Below, piece after piece: positions 49,619 through 59,712 of a stretch of 64,000 bases of DNA (its first letter is position 1; every line of letters begins with the position of its first letter). Made by a program: the position numbers and the translations under genes. Below the pieces are notes generated by a model. The model had not been told where the DNA came from. It saw nothing but the letters and a program-made list of their open reading frames with translations, and ran no database searches. This stretch comes from Candidatus Zixiibacteriota bacterium. Lineage in GTDB: Bacteria > Zixibacteria > MSB-5A5 > UBA10806 > 4484-95. The stretch covers positions 223,074 through 287,073 of the forward strand of contig JBBIRK010000004.1 of the NCBI GenBank assembly GCA_037441845.1, read 5' to 3'.

Positions 49619-50910
49619 GAATCGTGATAGCGAACAAATATTTTTATCCGAGGGGTGGCGATTGTCAATACACGTTGCGATTAATACAACTACTTGAAAG
49701 CCACGGACACGAAGTAGCACCTTTTTCCATGCATCATCCTGACAATCTGCGTTCGGAATACGAAACATATTTCGTCGAACATATCGATTTTCAACAAGAG
49801 CTGGCGGATATGAACCTTGCCGGTGCTTTACATGTTTTATCGCGTTCGGTAAGCAATCGAAAGGCCGTTGGCCTTTTCCGACAACTGATCGAAGATTTCA
49901 AACCGGACATCATTCACTTGCAAAACATTCATCATCAACTGACGCCGGCGATAATCGGCCCGGCCATCCGAAAATCGATTCCTGTCGTCTGGACACTTCA
50001 CGATTACAATATACTTTGCCCTGATCATGCTTTTTTACGCAAAGATCGGTTATGCATGAAATGCTCCACCGGCGGATACTATCATGCGATCGTCAATCGA
50101 TGCAAGAAAGGCTCTTTGGGCGCAAGCATTCTGGCCGCACTCGAATGCGCTGTTCATAATCCTTGGAAGTTGTCGAAACGCATCAATAAGTTTATCTGCC
50201 CGAGTTCATTCATGGCCCGGCTATTGGCCGAATGTAAAATCCCTCGCGACAAAATCGTCCATGTTCCGCCATTTCTACCGGACCCGAAGCTACGGGTATC
50301 CGATGGCGATTACTTTATTTATGCAGGGCGCTTATCGGCGGAAAAAGGACTATCAATTCTGGTCGAAGCGTTTCGTCGACTGCCGCAGACCAAGCTTGTG
50401 GTAATCGGCGATGGACCGTTAAAGAACGATCTCCATTCATTCATCGAAAATCATCGACTCGAAAACGTAAAATTAGTCGGCTTCCAGTCACCGGAGAACG
50501 TCCAAAAAATCATGGCGGGCTGTATGGCTCTGGTCATGCCCTCGATTTGTCTGGAAAACATGCCTTATGCTATCATCGAGGCTATGGCGTGCGCCAAGCC
50601 GGTAATCGCCTCAAACCTGGGGGGTATGCCGGAGATGGTGGAACATGGGGAAAACGGACTGCTTTTCGAACCCGGCGACGTCGATTCCCTTGTAAACTGC
50701 GTCAATCAACTCGTCTCCAGCCCCGAATCGGCGAGAAATATGGGATTGCAAGGTGCGGAAATATTTCGTAGGCGTTACTCGGTTGAAAATCACTATCGAA
50801 ACATAATGAAAGTTTATAACATGGCGTTCGATAATAATATTGAATTCCCATATTCCGATTTGCATGACCGTCCGGAAAAAGGGAAGGGCAAGGCGATAAC
50901 GCAACTATGA
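49615..50910 (+). CDS. glycosyltransferase family 4
   Basis: MRIVIANKYFYPRGG, PDIIHLQN, WTLHDY, GRLSAEKG, ENMPYAIIEAM. Confidence 0.92.
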   Translation: MRIVIANKYFYPRGGDCQYTLRLIQLLESHGHEVAPFSMHHPDNLRSEYETYFVEHIDFQQELADMNLAGALHVLSRSVSNRKAVGLFRQLIEDFKPDIIHLQNIHHQLTPAIIGPAIRKSIPVVWTLHDYNILCPDHAFLRKDRLCMKCSTGGYYHAIVNRCKKGSLGASILAALECAVHNPWKLSKRINKFICPSSFMARLLAECKIPRDKIVHVPPFLPDPKLRVSDGDYFIYAGRLSAEKGLSILVEAFRRLPQTKLVVIGDGPLKNDLHSFIENHRLENVKLVGFQSPENVQKIMAGCMALVMPSICLENMPYAIIEAMACAKPVIASNLGGMPEMVEHGENGLLFEPGDVDSLVNCVNQLVSSPESARNMGLQGAEIFRRRYSVENHYRNIMKVYNMAFDNNIEFPYSDLHDRPEKGKGKAITQL

Positions 50911-50922
50911 GGAGTTATAACC

Positions 50923-52071
50923 ATGAATGCCTGTGTTATCTCGACTTTTCGCTGTAACGCCAGATGTCATATGTGCAATATCTGGAAATTTCCCACCCGG
51001 GCCGGTGAGGAAATCGACCTTGACACGATATCGCGGCTTCCAAACGGATTAGGGAGAATAAACCTAACCGGCGGCGAGCCGATGCTACGGAACGACATCG
51101 AAGAATTAGTTGGAATCGTATATGGCAAATGCCGAAAAGTGGAAATCAGCACCAACGGTTACTATACGGAAAGATTGGTCAAAATCGCCGAAAAGTTCCC
51201 GCGAGTGATGATCAGAATAAGCCTCGAGGGGCTGCCTGCGCTGAACGATAGACTTCGTGGAATCCCAAACGGTTTCGATCACGCTTTGAGGAGTATGCTG
51301 GAACTGAAGAAAACGAAGGTCAAAGATTTAGGATTTTCGATCGTGATTTGCGATAAAAATGTCGGCGATCTTTTAAGCCTGTACGAATTGTCTGCAGGCC
51401 TTGGGGTGGAGTTCGCCCAATCGACAATGCATAATTCCTGGTATTTTCACAAATCGGATAACGCGATCGAAAGGCGGGAATTGGTTCTCGACGAATTGGA
51501 AAAATTCATCGCCGTCCTGCTCGGTTCGCGCAGAGGTTCTTTTCGCTTGCGAGTCAAGGATTGGCTGAGAGCCTATTTCAATGCCCGCATCTACAACTAT
51601 ATCAAATATAATCGTAGCTGTCAGGGAATATGCAGCGCGGGCACTGATCTGTTTTTCGTCGACCCAGACGCCAATATACTTCCTTGCAACGGCAGCGATC
51701 GAAAATGGATCATGGGTAATCTGAAAGAGCATTCGTTTGCCGATATCTGGAATGGTCCACGGGCAGAAGCTATCAGAAAGATAGTAAGCAGATGCAGTAA
51801 AGACTGCGCTTTCGTGGGCACGGCGCGTTTCGATATGCTGCGCCATCCCCATAGCACCTTAGGCTGGATATTAGCGAATAAGATCAGGCTCCATTATAAG
51901 AAACCCATAATAATCGAAAGCGGATCGATGGGTAATTTTCACCGAGTCACTTCATCAGCCGACAATAATGAAGTGTTAGGAGAGAATTCCATTGCACAAC
52001 ATCATTGCGTCAAATCAGAAGAGGAACGTTTCCAATCTTCCGGTCGAATCTATTCCGGTACGCGTTCCTGA
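50923..52071 (+). CDS. radical SAM protein with SPASM/twitch domain
   Basis: CNARCHMC, LTGGEP, STNG, CSAG...LPC...MGNL...IW...CSKDC. Confidence 0.9.
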   Translation: MNACVISTFRCNARCHMCNIWKFPTRAGEEIDLDTISRLPNGLGRINLTGGEPMLRNDIEELVGIVYGKCRKVEISTNGYYTERLVKIAEKFPRVMIRISLEGLPALNDRLRGIPNGFDHALRSMLELKKTKVKDLGFSIVICDKNVGDLLSLYELSAGLGVEFAQSTMHNSWYFHKSDNAIERRELVLDELEKFIAVLLGSRRGSFRLRVKDWLRAYFNARIYNYIKYNRSCQGICSAGTDLFFVDPDANILPCNGSDRKWIMGNLKEHSFADIWNGPRAEAIRKIVSRCSKDCAFVGTARFDMLRHPHSTLGWILANKIRLHYKKPIIIESGSMGNFHRVTSSADNNEVLGENSIAQHHCVKSEEERFQSSGRIYSGTRS

Positions 52072-53296
52072 TTCGATAGGCTCTCATACCAGCAGCGCAC
52101 TCACGCTCAGGCGTTCGGGAGAAGGCAAATATGCGACCGGCCTTAAAATCGCCATGGTCGGTCAAAAAGGGATTCCCGCCATTTACGGCGGCATCGAGCG
52201 CCACGTCGAAAACCTTAGCGTTGAATTGGTCAAACTCGGACATGAAGTAACCGTGTACTGCCGCCCATATTACTGCCGCGACTTGGACGCTTTGGTCGAC
52301 TCGGAAAATCCCGGCCGCTTTCGTCACCGCGGCATAAACTTAGTGATGCTTCCTTCAATCAGGACAAAACATCTGGACGCGATCAGCCATTCGATTTTGG
52401 CGGCGATGAGTGCAAGCTTTTCCAATTTCGATATCGTTCATTTTCATGGAATCGGTCCGTCACTTGCCAACATGATTCCGCGGCTTGCCGGCAAAAAAGT
52501 CATATCAACCATCCATGCCCTCGACTACAAGCAAAAGAAATGGGGCAAGACGGCGCGCACTTTTCTCAAGCTCGGCTTTTATATGGCTTCGACAAAGTCG
52601 AATCGAGCTATTTGCGTTTCCAATACGTTCTTCAGCGTTATGAAAAGCCAAGATAGAGCGGTCCATATACCCAACGGGGTCGATGAACCGGTTCCTTGGG
52701 GCATGAGGGAAAAATCATGGTTAAGAGAAAAGGGGCTTGAACCCGGGGGCTATCTGCTTTTCGTGGGCAGATTGATAGAAGATAAAGGATGTCATCTGCT
52801 TTGTCAGGCCATAGAACAAATCGAGGGGTACAAACTGGCGATAGCCGGTCAAGCTTGTTTCACCGATGATTATGTCTCACGCCTGAAAAAAACGGCTGGC
52901 CCCAAGTCGATATTTCTCGGAAATGTCACCGGTTCGAGACTATCCGCTCTATATTCCAACAGCGTTTTATTTGTGCTGCCCTCTGCCGTGGAAGGATCGC
53001 CCATTGCCGTTATGGAGGCCATGCGACATGGAGTGCCGGTTCTCGTATCCGATATTCCCGAAAATCTGCAACTCGTCAAACCGTCTGAAAATCGAAAATT
53101 CGGCTTGTATTTCCGTTCCTCCGACACAGCTCATCTTTTGCAGATGATTAACTATGCCATCGGGCGCAAGGAAAAGCTCATCCAATTGGCTCGAGCCGCA
53201 AAAATATACGTGATCGAAAATTTTGGTTGGCCGCAGATCGCCAAGAAAACCCAAGACGTGTATTACGAAGCGCTGAATCGCTCCGGAATCGATTGA
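51992..53296 (+). CDS. glycosyltransferase family 4 (start uncertain)
   Basis: KIAMVGQKGIPAIYGGIERHVE, IPNGV, FVGRLIEDKG, EGSPIAVMEAM. Confidence 0.88.
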   Translation: MHNIIASNQKRNVSNLPVESIPVRVPDSIGSHTSSALTLRRSGEGKYATGLKIAMVGQKGIPAIYGGIERHVENLSVELVKLGHEVTVYCRPYYCRDLDALVDSENPGRFRHRGINLVMLPSIRTKHLDAISHSILAAMSASFSNFDIVHFHGIGPSLANMIPRLAGKKVISTIHALDYKQKKWGKTARTFLKLGFYMASTKSNRAICVSNTFFSVMKSQDRAVHIPNGVDEPVPWGMREKSWLREKGLEPGGYLLFVGRLIEDKGCHLLCQAIEQIEGYKLAIAGQACFTDDYVSRLKKTAGPKSIFLGNVTGSRLSALYSNSVLFVLPSAVEGSPIAVMEAMRHGVPVLVSDIPENLQLVKPSENRKFGLYFRSSDTAHLLQMINYAIGRKEKLIQLARAAKIYVIENFGWPQIAKKTQDVYYEALNRSGID

Positions 53297-53297
53297 A

Positions 53298-54296
53298 TCA
53301 GGAGATTTCTTTTCTTATATCGGCGGTTGCCAGCACGATTCGGCGAAGTTTTTCTTTGGCTTCATCGACCGTTCTTGTTTTCAAACCGCAATCGGGATCA
53401 ATCCAGATTTGTTCGGCGGGAATATATTCGAGCGCTTTTCTGATCCGGGATTTGATTAATTCAAGATCCTCGATAGTGTGACTGTGGACGTCAACTACAC
53501 CGAACGAGATATCTTTGGTGAAAGGATGCTTATTGAACAGTTCGAGCATATCGAGCCCCGAATTAGACATTTCCAAGTCCAAGTTGTCCACAGGCAAATC
53601 CAACATGCGGGGATAAATCTTTTCAAACGCACCATAGCATATATGGGTTATGAAATAGGCGTTCAAACCATCGACAACCGCATGCATGGTTTCGATCGCC
53701 GTTTCCAATTCGTCGGGACGCACCGAAATTGCGGGTTCATCGATTTGAATGATTTTGCAGCCGGCATTTATCAGCGCTTCAACTTCTTTTCTGATCGATC
53801 CGGCTAAAGCCAGCGCCGCGGCCCTTCTGTCTGGATAATACTCGTTGAATGACCAATCCATTATCGTATAAGGGCCGGTCAACATTCCCTTCACCGGCCG
53901 GCGAGTTTTGGCCTGAGTATATCTCCACCAGTTCACTGTCAACGGCCCCGGCCAGCCGATCTCTCCAGTTATTATCGGCTTGTTATAGTAACGGTTGCCA
54001 TAGGATCTGACCAAACCGCCCTTACTGAACCCCGGAAGCAATTCCGCAAAATAGGCGACCATGTCCCCGCGATACATCTCGCCGTCGACACTGACGTCTA
54101 TACCGATTTCCTCTTGAAAATCGATCCATAGATCGGTTGCCTGTTTTTCCAAATCGACCAGTTTCGAACGATCGATTTTGCCGTTTTTGAAATCGGTGCG
54201 CGCCCCCATTAACCAATCCGGTTTGGGAAAAGACCCGACACTGCTGGTCGGCAACAACGGTAAATTCAATTCAAGCGATTTCAATTTGTCACGCAC
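53298..54296 (-). CDS. cobalamin-independent methionine synthase catalytic domain (C-half of split MetE)
   Basis: PTSSVGSFPKP, DGEMYRGDMV, KGMLTGPYT, IQIDEPA, Zn ligands HIC...E...DPDCGLK. Confidence 0.9.
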   Translation of the reverse strand: MRDKLKSLELNLPLLPTSSVGSFPKPDWLMGARTDFKNGKIDRSKLVDLEKQATDLWIDFQEEIGIDVSVDGEMYRGDMVAYFAELLPGFSKGGLVRSYGNRYYNKPIITGEIGWPGPLTVNWWRYTQAKTRRPVKGMLTGPYTIMDWSFNEYYPDRRAAALALAGSIRKEVEALINAGCKIIQIDEPAISVRPDELETAIETMHAVVDGLNAYFITHICYGAFEKIYPRMLDLPVDNLDLEMSNSGLDMLELFNKHPFTKDISFGVVDVHSHTIEDLELIKSRIRKALEYIPAEQIWIDPDCGLKTRTVDEAKEKLRRIVLATADIRKEIS

Positions 54297-55263
54297 CGAC
54301 GCCTCCTTTGAGAACGGCCGATAGGTCGGCGCATGACTTCAATTTATCGAAAGCCTTATCGCGGGGCAAAAATTCGAGCCCGCAAGACGGCATAATATAT
54401 AACTTTTCTGATTTGACATTTCGCATCAATTTTTCGATTCGATCGACAAGCTCATAAAGATTTTCCATCAAGGTGTTCCGGCAATCTACAATTCCTATAC
54501 CGAGATTGGAATCGAATCCCAGCAATGCATCTTCGATACCGGGGGAATACGTAAAATCGAATGCGAATCCATGAACCGGCAACGTTTTTAATTTATCGAT
54601 CAGCGGAACGCAGTTGCCAAAATAAAACGCTAATATGATCTCTGGACAATCGTGCCCCTTCATCATCAAGGAATAGGTATCGGTTAAGAGCCCGAACCCG
54701 TCCATATCATTCAATAAACATGGTTCGTCGAGTTGAATCAGCAGCGCCCCTGCCGCTTTCAGCCTCTGTAATTCCTCGCCGTAGATTAAGGCGAGCGCCT
54801 CGAGAGCGTCCTCGAAATCCACGTTCGACTTCGCCAACCGCAACAAAGAATAAGGCCCTATCATGGTAAGACTAGCTTTGTCTCCCGAATTCGATCTGAC
54901 GAATGCATAGTCTTCGATAAATAACGGCCCTTTGGAGCTCGGGAGCCGCGTCAATTCCGGCTGACGATAATAAAAGTTGGTGTCAAAAAAGCGAAGCAGG
55001 CCGCCTGTTCGGAACCCGTCTATTTTCGTGGATACGTGCGATACCGGATCATAGGCGCGAATCAGACCATCGGTAACGAAATCCACTCCCGACTTTATCT
55101 GTTCGTCGATCGCCGATTTTATCGTTTCGTCGAGAATCGAGTTGAATTCCGCCTGACTTATTTTTCCTGCGTCGAGTCGATGATAAGCTCTTCTTAACCG
55201 CTGCTGTTCGGGCGAATCACCTATGCGGGGGTATGTCGAATGATTTTTGGAGTATATTTTCAT
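54289..55263 (-). CDS. MetE N-terminal-half-like protein (partner of split MetE)
   Basis: YPRIG, TDG, RFFDTNFYYRQP, GPYSL, IQLDEP, FYFG, GIVDCRNT, PSCGLEFLP; overlaps the catalytic-half gene by 8 nt. Confidence 0.8.
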   Translation of the reverse strand: MKIYSKNHSTYPRIGDSPEQQRLRRAYHRLDAGKISQAEFNSILDETIKSAIDEQIKSGVDFVTDGLIRAYDPVSHVSTKIDGFRTGGLLRFFDTNFYYRQPELTRLPSSKGPLFIEDYAFVRSNSGDKASLTMIGPYSLLRLAKSNVDFEDALEALALIYGEELQRLKAAGALLIQLDEPCLLNDMDGFGLLTDTYSLMMKGHDCPEIILAFYFGNCVPLIDKLKTLPVHGFAFDFTYSPGIEDALLGFDSNLGIGIVDCRNTLMENLYELVDRIEKLMRNVKSEKLYIMPSCGLEFLPRDKAFDKLKSCADLSAVLKGGVGA

Positions 55264-55377
55264 CTTCCACCAATGATTATCGGCTCTTAACCGAGAGGAA
55301 TGAATAGCGTCGGAGTTTCGAACTTAGTCCTGGTAATTTATTTTCTTGCGCCGAAAAAATCGCCTTCGCTGATGATT

Positions 55378-56571
55378 TCAAGCTTGATTTCCCTTTTCAA
55401 TCGGCATGCCGAAATTGGAAATAGACTCCATCGCTTCCTCTATCAAGATTCTGGAAATAACTATCCTTTGGATTTCGGATGTTCCCTCGCCGATCTCGCA
55501 AAGTTTTGCATCGCGGTGCATCCTTTCAACAGGATAGTCTTCCGTGTATCCTTCGGCGCCGAGTATGACGATCGCATTATAGGTAACGAAATTAGCCACT
55601 TCCGACGCATACAATTTGGCCATCGCCGACTCCTTGGAATAACGCACGCCGGGCTGGTCTTTCAAAACGGCTGCATGATATACCAGATGTCTTGCTGCCT
55701 GAATCTGGGTCGCCATATCGGCCAATTTGAAAGCGATAGCTTGAAAGCCTGCGATCGCCTGACCGAATTGCTTGCGCCTTATGGCATACCTTACGGCTAC
55801 GTCATATGCCCCTTGGGCGATTCCTAATGCCATGGCGGCTATCGATACCCGTCCGCCGTCGAGAGTGATCATGAATTGTTTGAATCCCTGGCCTTCCTCG
55901 CCCAGCCGATCGGATTCGGGGATAAACATGTCTTCGAAATGAAGCACTCGGGTGTCCGATCCTCTCACGCCGAGCTTGTTTTCTTTTTTGCCGACAATGA
56001 AACCGGGGGTTCCTTGTTTCAATATGAAAGAAGTAATCCCCTTGACTCCGGCTTCACGCGAAGTGCGGGCGGTAAACACCATAGTCGAACAAACACCGCC
56101 GCTGGTGATCCAACACTTCGAACCATTCACACGATAGCCGCCGTCGACTTTGGAAGCGAAAGTGCGGGTTCCCCCGGCATCCGATCCAGCCCCGGGTTCG
56201 CTCAAGCCGAACGCCGCCAATTTTCCGCCGCGCGTGATTTCAGGCAGATACTTCTGCTTTTGGCTTTCCGTGCCGAATCGATAAATCGGATAGGTTCCGA
56301 GCGAGTTGTGCGCGGCTACGATTATCCCCGTCGACGCGCATACCCGCGAAAGCTCTTCGACAGCCAAGATGTATGTCAGGGAATCGGTAAAAGTGCCGCC
56401 GTATTTTTTATCGACTTGCATACCCAACAAACCCAACTCGCAAAGCTTGTCGATCATGTCTTGCGGGTAAACTTGCTGAGTATCGAATTCGGCCGCTCGA
56501 GGCATTATCTCGCCTTCGGCGAACTCCCGGATCCTATTCCTGAATTCCTCGTGTTCTTTACTTAACCACAT
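55378..56571 (-). CDS. acyl-CoA dehydrogenase
   Basis: AFGLSEPGAGSD, NGSKCWIT, KLGVRGSDT, RKQFGQ, EIGEGTSEIQR. Confidence 0.95.
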   Translation of the reverse strand: MWLSKEHEEFRNRIREFAEGEIMPRAAEFDTQQVYPQDMIDKLCELGLLGMQVDKKYGGTFTDSLTYILAVEELSRVCASTGIIVAAHNSLGTYPIYRFGTESQKQKYLPEITRGGKLAAFGLSEPGAGSDAGGTRTFASKVDGGYRVNGSKCWITSGGVCSTMVFTARTSREAGVKGITSFILKQGTPGFIVGKKENKLGVRGSDTRVLHFEDMFIPESDRLGEEGQGFKQFMITLDGGRVSIAAMALGIAQGAYDVAVRYAIRRKQFGQAIAGFQAIAFKLADMATQIQAARHLVYHAAVLKDQPGVRYSKESAMAKLYASEVANFVTYNAIVILGAEGYTEDYPVERMHRDAKLCEIGEGTSEIQRIVISRILIEEAMESISNFGMPIEKGNQA

Positions 56572-56611
56572 AATCTATTCTATCTCTTCCCATTAGATAA
56601 TCGATCTCATG

Positions 56612-57763
56612 TCAATTTTTTCCGGATTCCGCCACCAAATTACGGAAAATGACCATTCTCTGTGCCTCTGATGTACCCTCGTATATTTCGGTCACCCGAG
56701 CATCCCGGAAATATCTTTCCACGGCGTATTCCTTTACATATCCATATCCGCCGTGAATCTGCACCGCCTGATTGGCCACCCAATTCGCGGTTTCGGAGGC
56801 AAAGAGCTTGGCCATCGAGGCTTCTTTGGAGACCCGCCGCTTGTCTTTGAGGACCGCCGCCCGATATACCAACAATCTTGCGGCATCGATTTTCATAGCC
56901 ATGTCGGCCAATTTGAATTGAATCGCCTGAAAATTGGCCAGCGGTTGGCCGAATTGTTGCCTCTCATGAGCGTAACGAAAAGCCTCTTCAAAAGCGGCCT
57001 GGGCGATCCCCACCGCCTGCGCCGCAACCCCTATGCGGCCGTTATCAAGCAGACTCAAAGCGATCTTGAATCCTTTATTAAGTTCTCCTATCAAATTCAT
57101 CTTGGGCACTCGACAATCGACAAACGATACCTCCCTCGTATCCGAAGCTTTCAGCCCCATCTTTTTTTCGTTCTTCCCGATATTCAATCCGGGGGTACCT
57201 TTTTCCACCAACAAGCAGGAAATTCCTTTCGTGCCGGCGGTTTTATCGGTTCGTACGAAAACAACGAACAGATCGGCATGACCCGCTGAAGTTATCCATG
57301 ATTTCGTGCCGTTCAATACGAAATATTCTCCTTGATCGACAGCCATACATTGCAATGATCCGGCATCGGTACCGGCGCCGGGCTCCGACAGGCAATATGA
57401 ACAAATTAATTTGCCCGCAGCCATTCCCGGAAGATACTTCTGCTTTAGTTGATCGCTGCCATATTCATAAATCGCCCTGCAGCATAAGGAATTATGCACG
57501 GAAAGACCGATCATGACCGCCGCCGAACCACGCGCCAATTCTTCCATTGCGCAGGCGTATGAAAGGGTATCCAAACCGAGACCGCCGTATTGCTCCGGCA
57601 AGAGCATACCGTAATACCCGAGTTCGGCAAGCTCCTTGAATATTTCATCGGGTATTCTTTCTTCTTCATCCATCTTTTCCGCGATCGGTCGCAATTTTTT
57701 TTCGGCGAATTCACGCGCCGCCTCGGCCATCAATTTTTGATCTTCACCAAGTTCGAAATCCAT
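56612..57763 (-). CDS. acyl-CoA dehydrogenase (butyryl/short branched-chain type)
   Basis: YCLSEPGAGTD, NGTKSWIT, KMGLKASDT, QIHGGYGY, EIYEGTSE. Confidence 0.95.
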   Translation of the reverse strand: MDFELGEDQKLMAEAAREFAEKKLRPIAEKMDEEERIPDEIFKELAELGYYGMLLPEQYGGLGLDTLSYACAMEELARGSAAVMIGLSVHNSLCCRAIYEYGSDQLKQKYLPGMAAGKLICSYCLSEPGAGTDAGSLQCMAVDQGEYFVLNGTKSWITSAGHADLFVVFVRTDKTAGTKGISCLLVEKGTPGLNIGKNEKKMGLKASDTREVSFVDCRVPKMNLIGELNKGFKIALSLLDNGRIGVAAQAVGIAQAAFEEAFRYAHERQQFGQPLANFQAIQFKLADMAMKIDAARLLVYRAAVLKDKRRVSKEASMAKLFASETANWVANQAVQIHGGYGYVKEYAVERYFRDARVTEIYEGTSEAQRMVIFRNLVAESGKN

Positions 57764-57784
57764 ACCAATCACCTCAAATTTATG

Positions 57785-58633
57785 TTATTTCTCGTAAACA
57801 TAAAATCCGCGTCCGCTTTTTCGACCGAGATAACCCGCCTGCACCATTTTCCTCAACAACGGACACACCCTATACTTCGGATCCAAAAATCCCTCGTGCA
57901 ACACCTCTAAAATGGCAACGCACACATCCAGGCCGATAAAATCGGCAAGGGTCAATGGTCCCATGGGGTGATTCATGCCCAGTTTCATGACCGTATCTAT
58001 ATCCTCGGCGCTCGCCACACCTTCCATCAAACAATAAGCCGCCTCATTTATCATCGGCATAAGCAACCGATTGGCGACAAAGCCGGGATAATCGTTTACC
58101 TCAACCGGTGTCTTATCGAGCTTAAGACAAATCTCCTTGACCGTCCGGAATGTTTCATCGGACGTTACCAGTCCTCTTATAATCTCGACCAATTTCATCA
58201 CCGGCACCGGATTCATGAAATGCATGCCTATCATGCGGTCGGCTCTTCCGGTCACGGCGGCCAATGCCGTAATCGGCAGGGAAGAGGTATTGCTGGCGAA
58301 AATCGTTTGCTTGGGACAAATTCGGTCAAGTTTTTCAAACAAGTCGTTTTTTGCGGTGCGATCCTCATAAATGGCTTCGACAATCAATTCCCGATCGGCC
58401 GTTTCGTTGAGATCGGTCGTGGGCTTGATCCTGCCCAAAATTTCAGGGATCGCTTCTTGTCCTATGACGCCTTTTTTGGCTTGTCTTTCCAGGTTCCCTC
58501 TTATAGTTGCAAGGGCGCGATCCAGAAATTCCTTTTTCGTATCAACCAGCAAAACATCATACCCATACTGCGCAAAGGTATGAGCTATTCCGTTTCCCAT
58601 CGTCCCCCCGCCGATCACCGCAATTTTATTCAC
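57785..58633 (-). CDS. hbd: 3-hydroxybutyryl-CoA dehydrogenase
   Basis: VIGGGTMGNGIA, ASNTSSL, GMHFMNPVP, PGFVANR, HPMGPL, GRKSGRGFY. Confidence 0.93.
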   Translation of the reverse strand: MNKIAVIGGGTMGNGIAHTFAQYGYDVLLVDTKKEFLDRALATIRGNLERQAKKGVIGQEAIPEILGRIKPTTDLNETADRELIVEAIYEDRTAKNDLFEKLDRICPKQTIFASNTSSLPITALAAVTGRADRMIGMHFMNPVPVMKLVEIIRGLVTSDETFRTVKEICLKLDKTPVEVNDYPGFVANRLLMPMINEAAYCLMEGVASAEDIDTVMKLGMNHPMGPLTLADFIGLDVCVAILEVLHEGFLDPKYRVCPLLRKMVQAGYLGRKSGRGFYVYEK

Positions 58634-59086
58634 CTCTCCATCCTCCACTATTTTCAAGTATTTCTTGATTCCGCCAAATGCCGTTACCCGGCACGTGAAT
58701 TATTTCACCGGGTAATTCTAATAAAACGGTGTATTTTAGTAAATACCTTTCTATCAAGCAATCGATTATATCAGGGTTTCAATGGATAAATGCTTCAATA
58801 TTAAATCGATGCTTAGGCATTTTTGTTTAATGCGAAATTCCCAATGTAAAGAAGTATCGAGGAATCTCCATCTTTAATTGTGAAAGACAATTAAATCTCC
58901 GCCGGGGGACTTTCGAAGGTTTCGCCGGTTAGTGAACGCATTTTGCCTGATCAAAAAATATACATATCTCAAAATTTGAACATTTTCAGCCCATTTACGA
59001 CTTGAAACAAATTCCGCAAAAATCATCGAGGCGCCCGCTACTTGTTGATCGGCAAAGAGTTGTACTGATGTTGAAATTTGAAACGA

Positions 59087-59103
59087 TCGGGCATGGCTTT
59101 TTC
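59087..59103 (+). promoter_or_regulatory. possible sigma54-type promoter (non-canonical -12)
   Basis: TCGGGCATGGCTTTTTC gives GG-N10-TC; shares TCGGGCATG with the 14922-14938 site. Confidence 0.4.
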
Positions 59104-59129
59104 TATAAATGTCTGCGGGAGGAGACAAC

Positions 59130-59687
59130 ATGCACGCACATGCCTTAATTTCGGATTTATTCAAATATAACACGGCTTTCCTGACGAAAAAATTGACCGG
59201 AATTGACAGGGCAAAACTTTTCGTCAGACCAAATCACACCATGAATCCGATAATCTGGATTTTCGGTCATATCGTATTTTCCAGATCGGAGCTGCTCGAA
59301 TCCATGGGAATCGGTTCACCGGCGTCCGATCTGGCCGACTTTTTCGCCTCGGGAACATTCCCTCTTAATGATCCGGCGGAATATCCACATTTCGACGATC
59401 TTGTGGCGCAGTACGGCACCCTGGGCGAAAAAATCTGCGAGGCGCTGACCAAAGGCGGAGAGGAACTGTTAAACCGCCGCTGCTGGGGGAAATACGATAC
59501 GGTGGGGAAGACGATCGTGGCCGGTTACATTCACGAATCGAATCATATCGGACAGATAAGCAATACTTTGATATTCACCGAAAAAACGGCGATCGGCCAA
59601 TCGCGCATGAATCTGACCACTCGCCGCAAAAACAGCACTGGGAAAATACTGCTCGATGGTTTGAAATCGGTGTTGACCGTAAAGTGA
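59130..59687 (+). CDS. DinB family protein
   Basis: NPIIWIFGHI and HESNHIGQI; SD GGAGGAG. Confidence 0.85.
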   Translation: MHAHALISDLFKYNTAFLTKKLTGIDRAKLFVRPNHTMNPIIWIFGHIVFSRSELLESMGIGSPASDLADFFASGTFPLNDPAEYPHFDDLVAQYGTLGEKICEALTKGGEELLNRRCWGKYDTVGKTIVAGYIHESNHIGQISNTLIFTEKTAIGQSRMNLTTRRKNSTGKILLDGLKSVLTVK

Positions 59688-59712
59688 CATGATAACAAGG
59701 AAAGGAGGGAAA

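Noticed and set aside
44777..52071. Lasso peptide or other RiPP cluster (AsnB-like + SPASM)
   Set aside because: AsnB keeps its N-terminal Cys glutaminase domain, no precursor, RRE or peptidase is present, and the neighbours are glycan genes.
41634..53296. Glycan cluster as an island integrated at tRNA-Leu(CAA)
   Set aside because: The cluster lies on the 5' side of the tRNA; no integrase and no duplicated tRNA 3' end were found.
55264..55377. SAM or cobalamin riboswitch upstream of split metE
   Set aside because: No recognisable SAM-I/II or B12-box core motifs.
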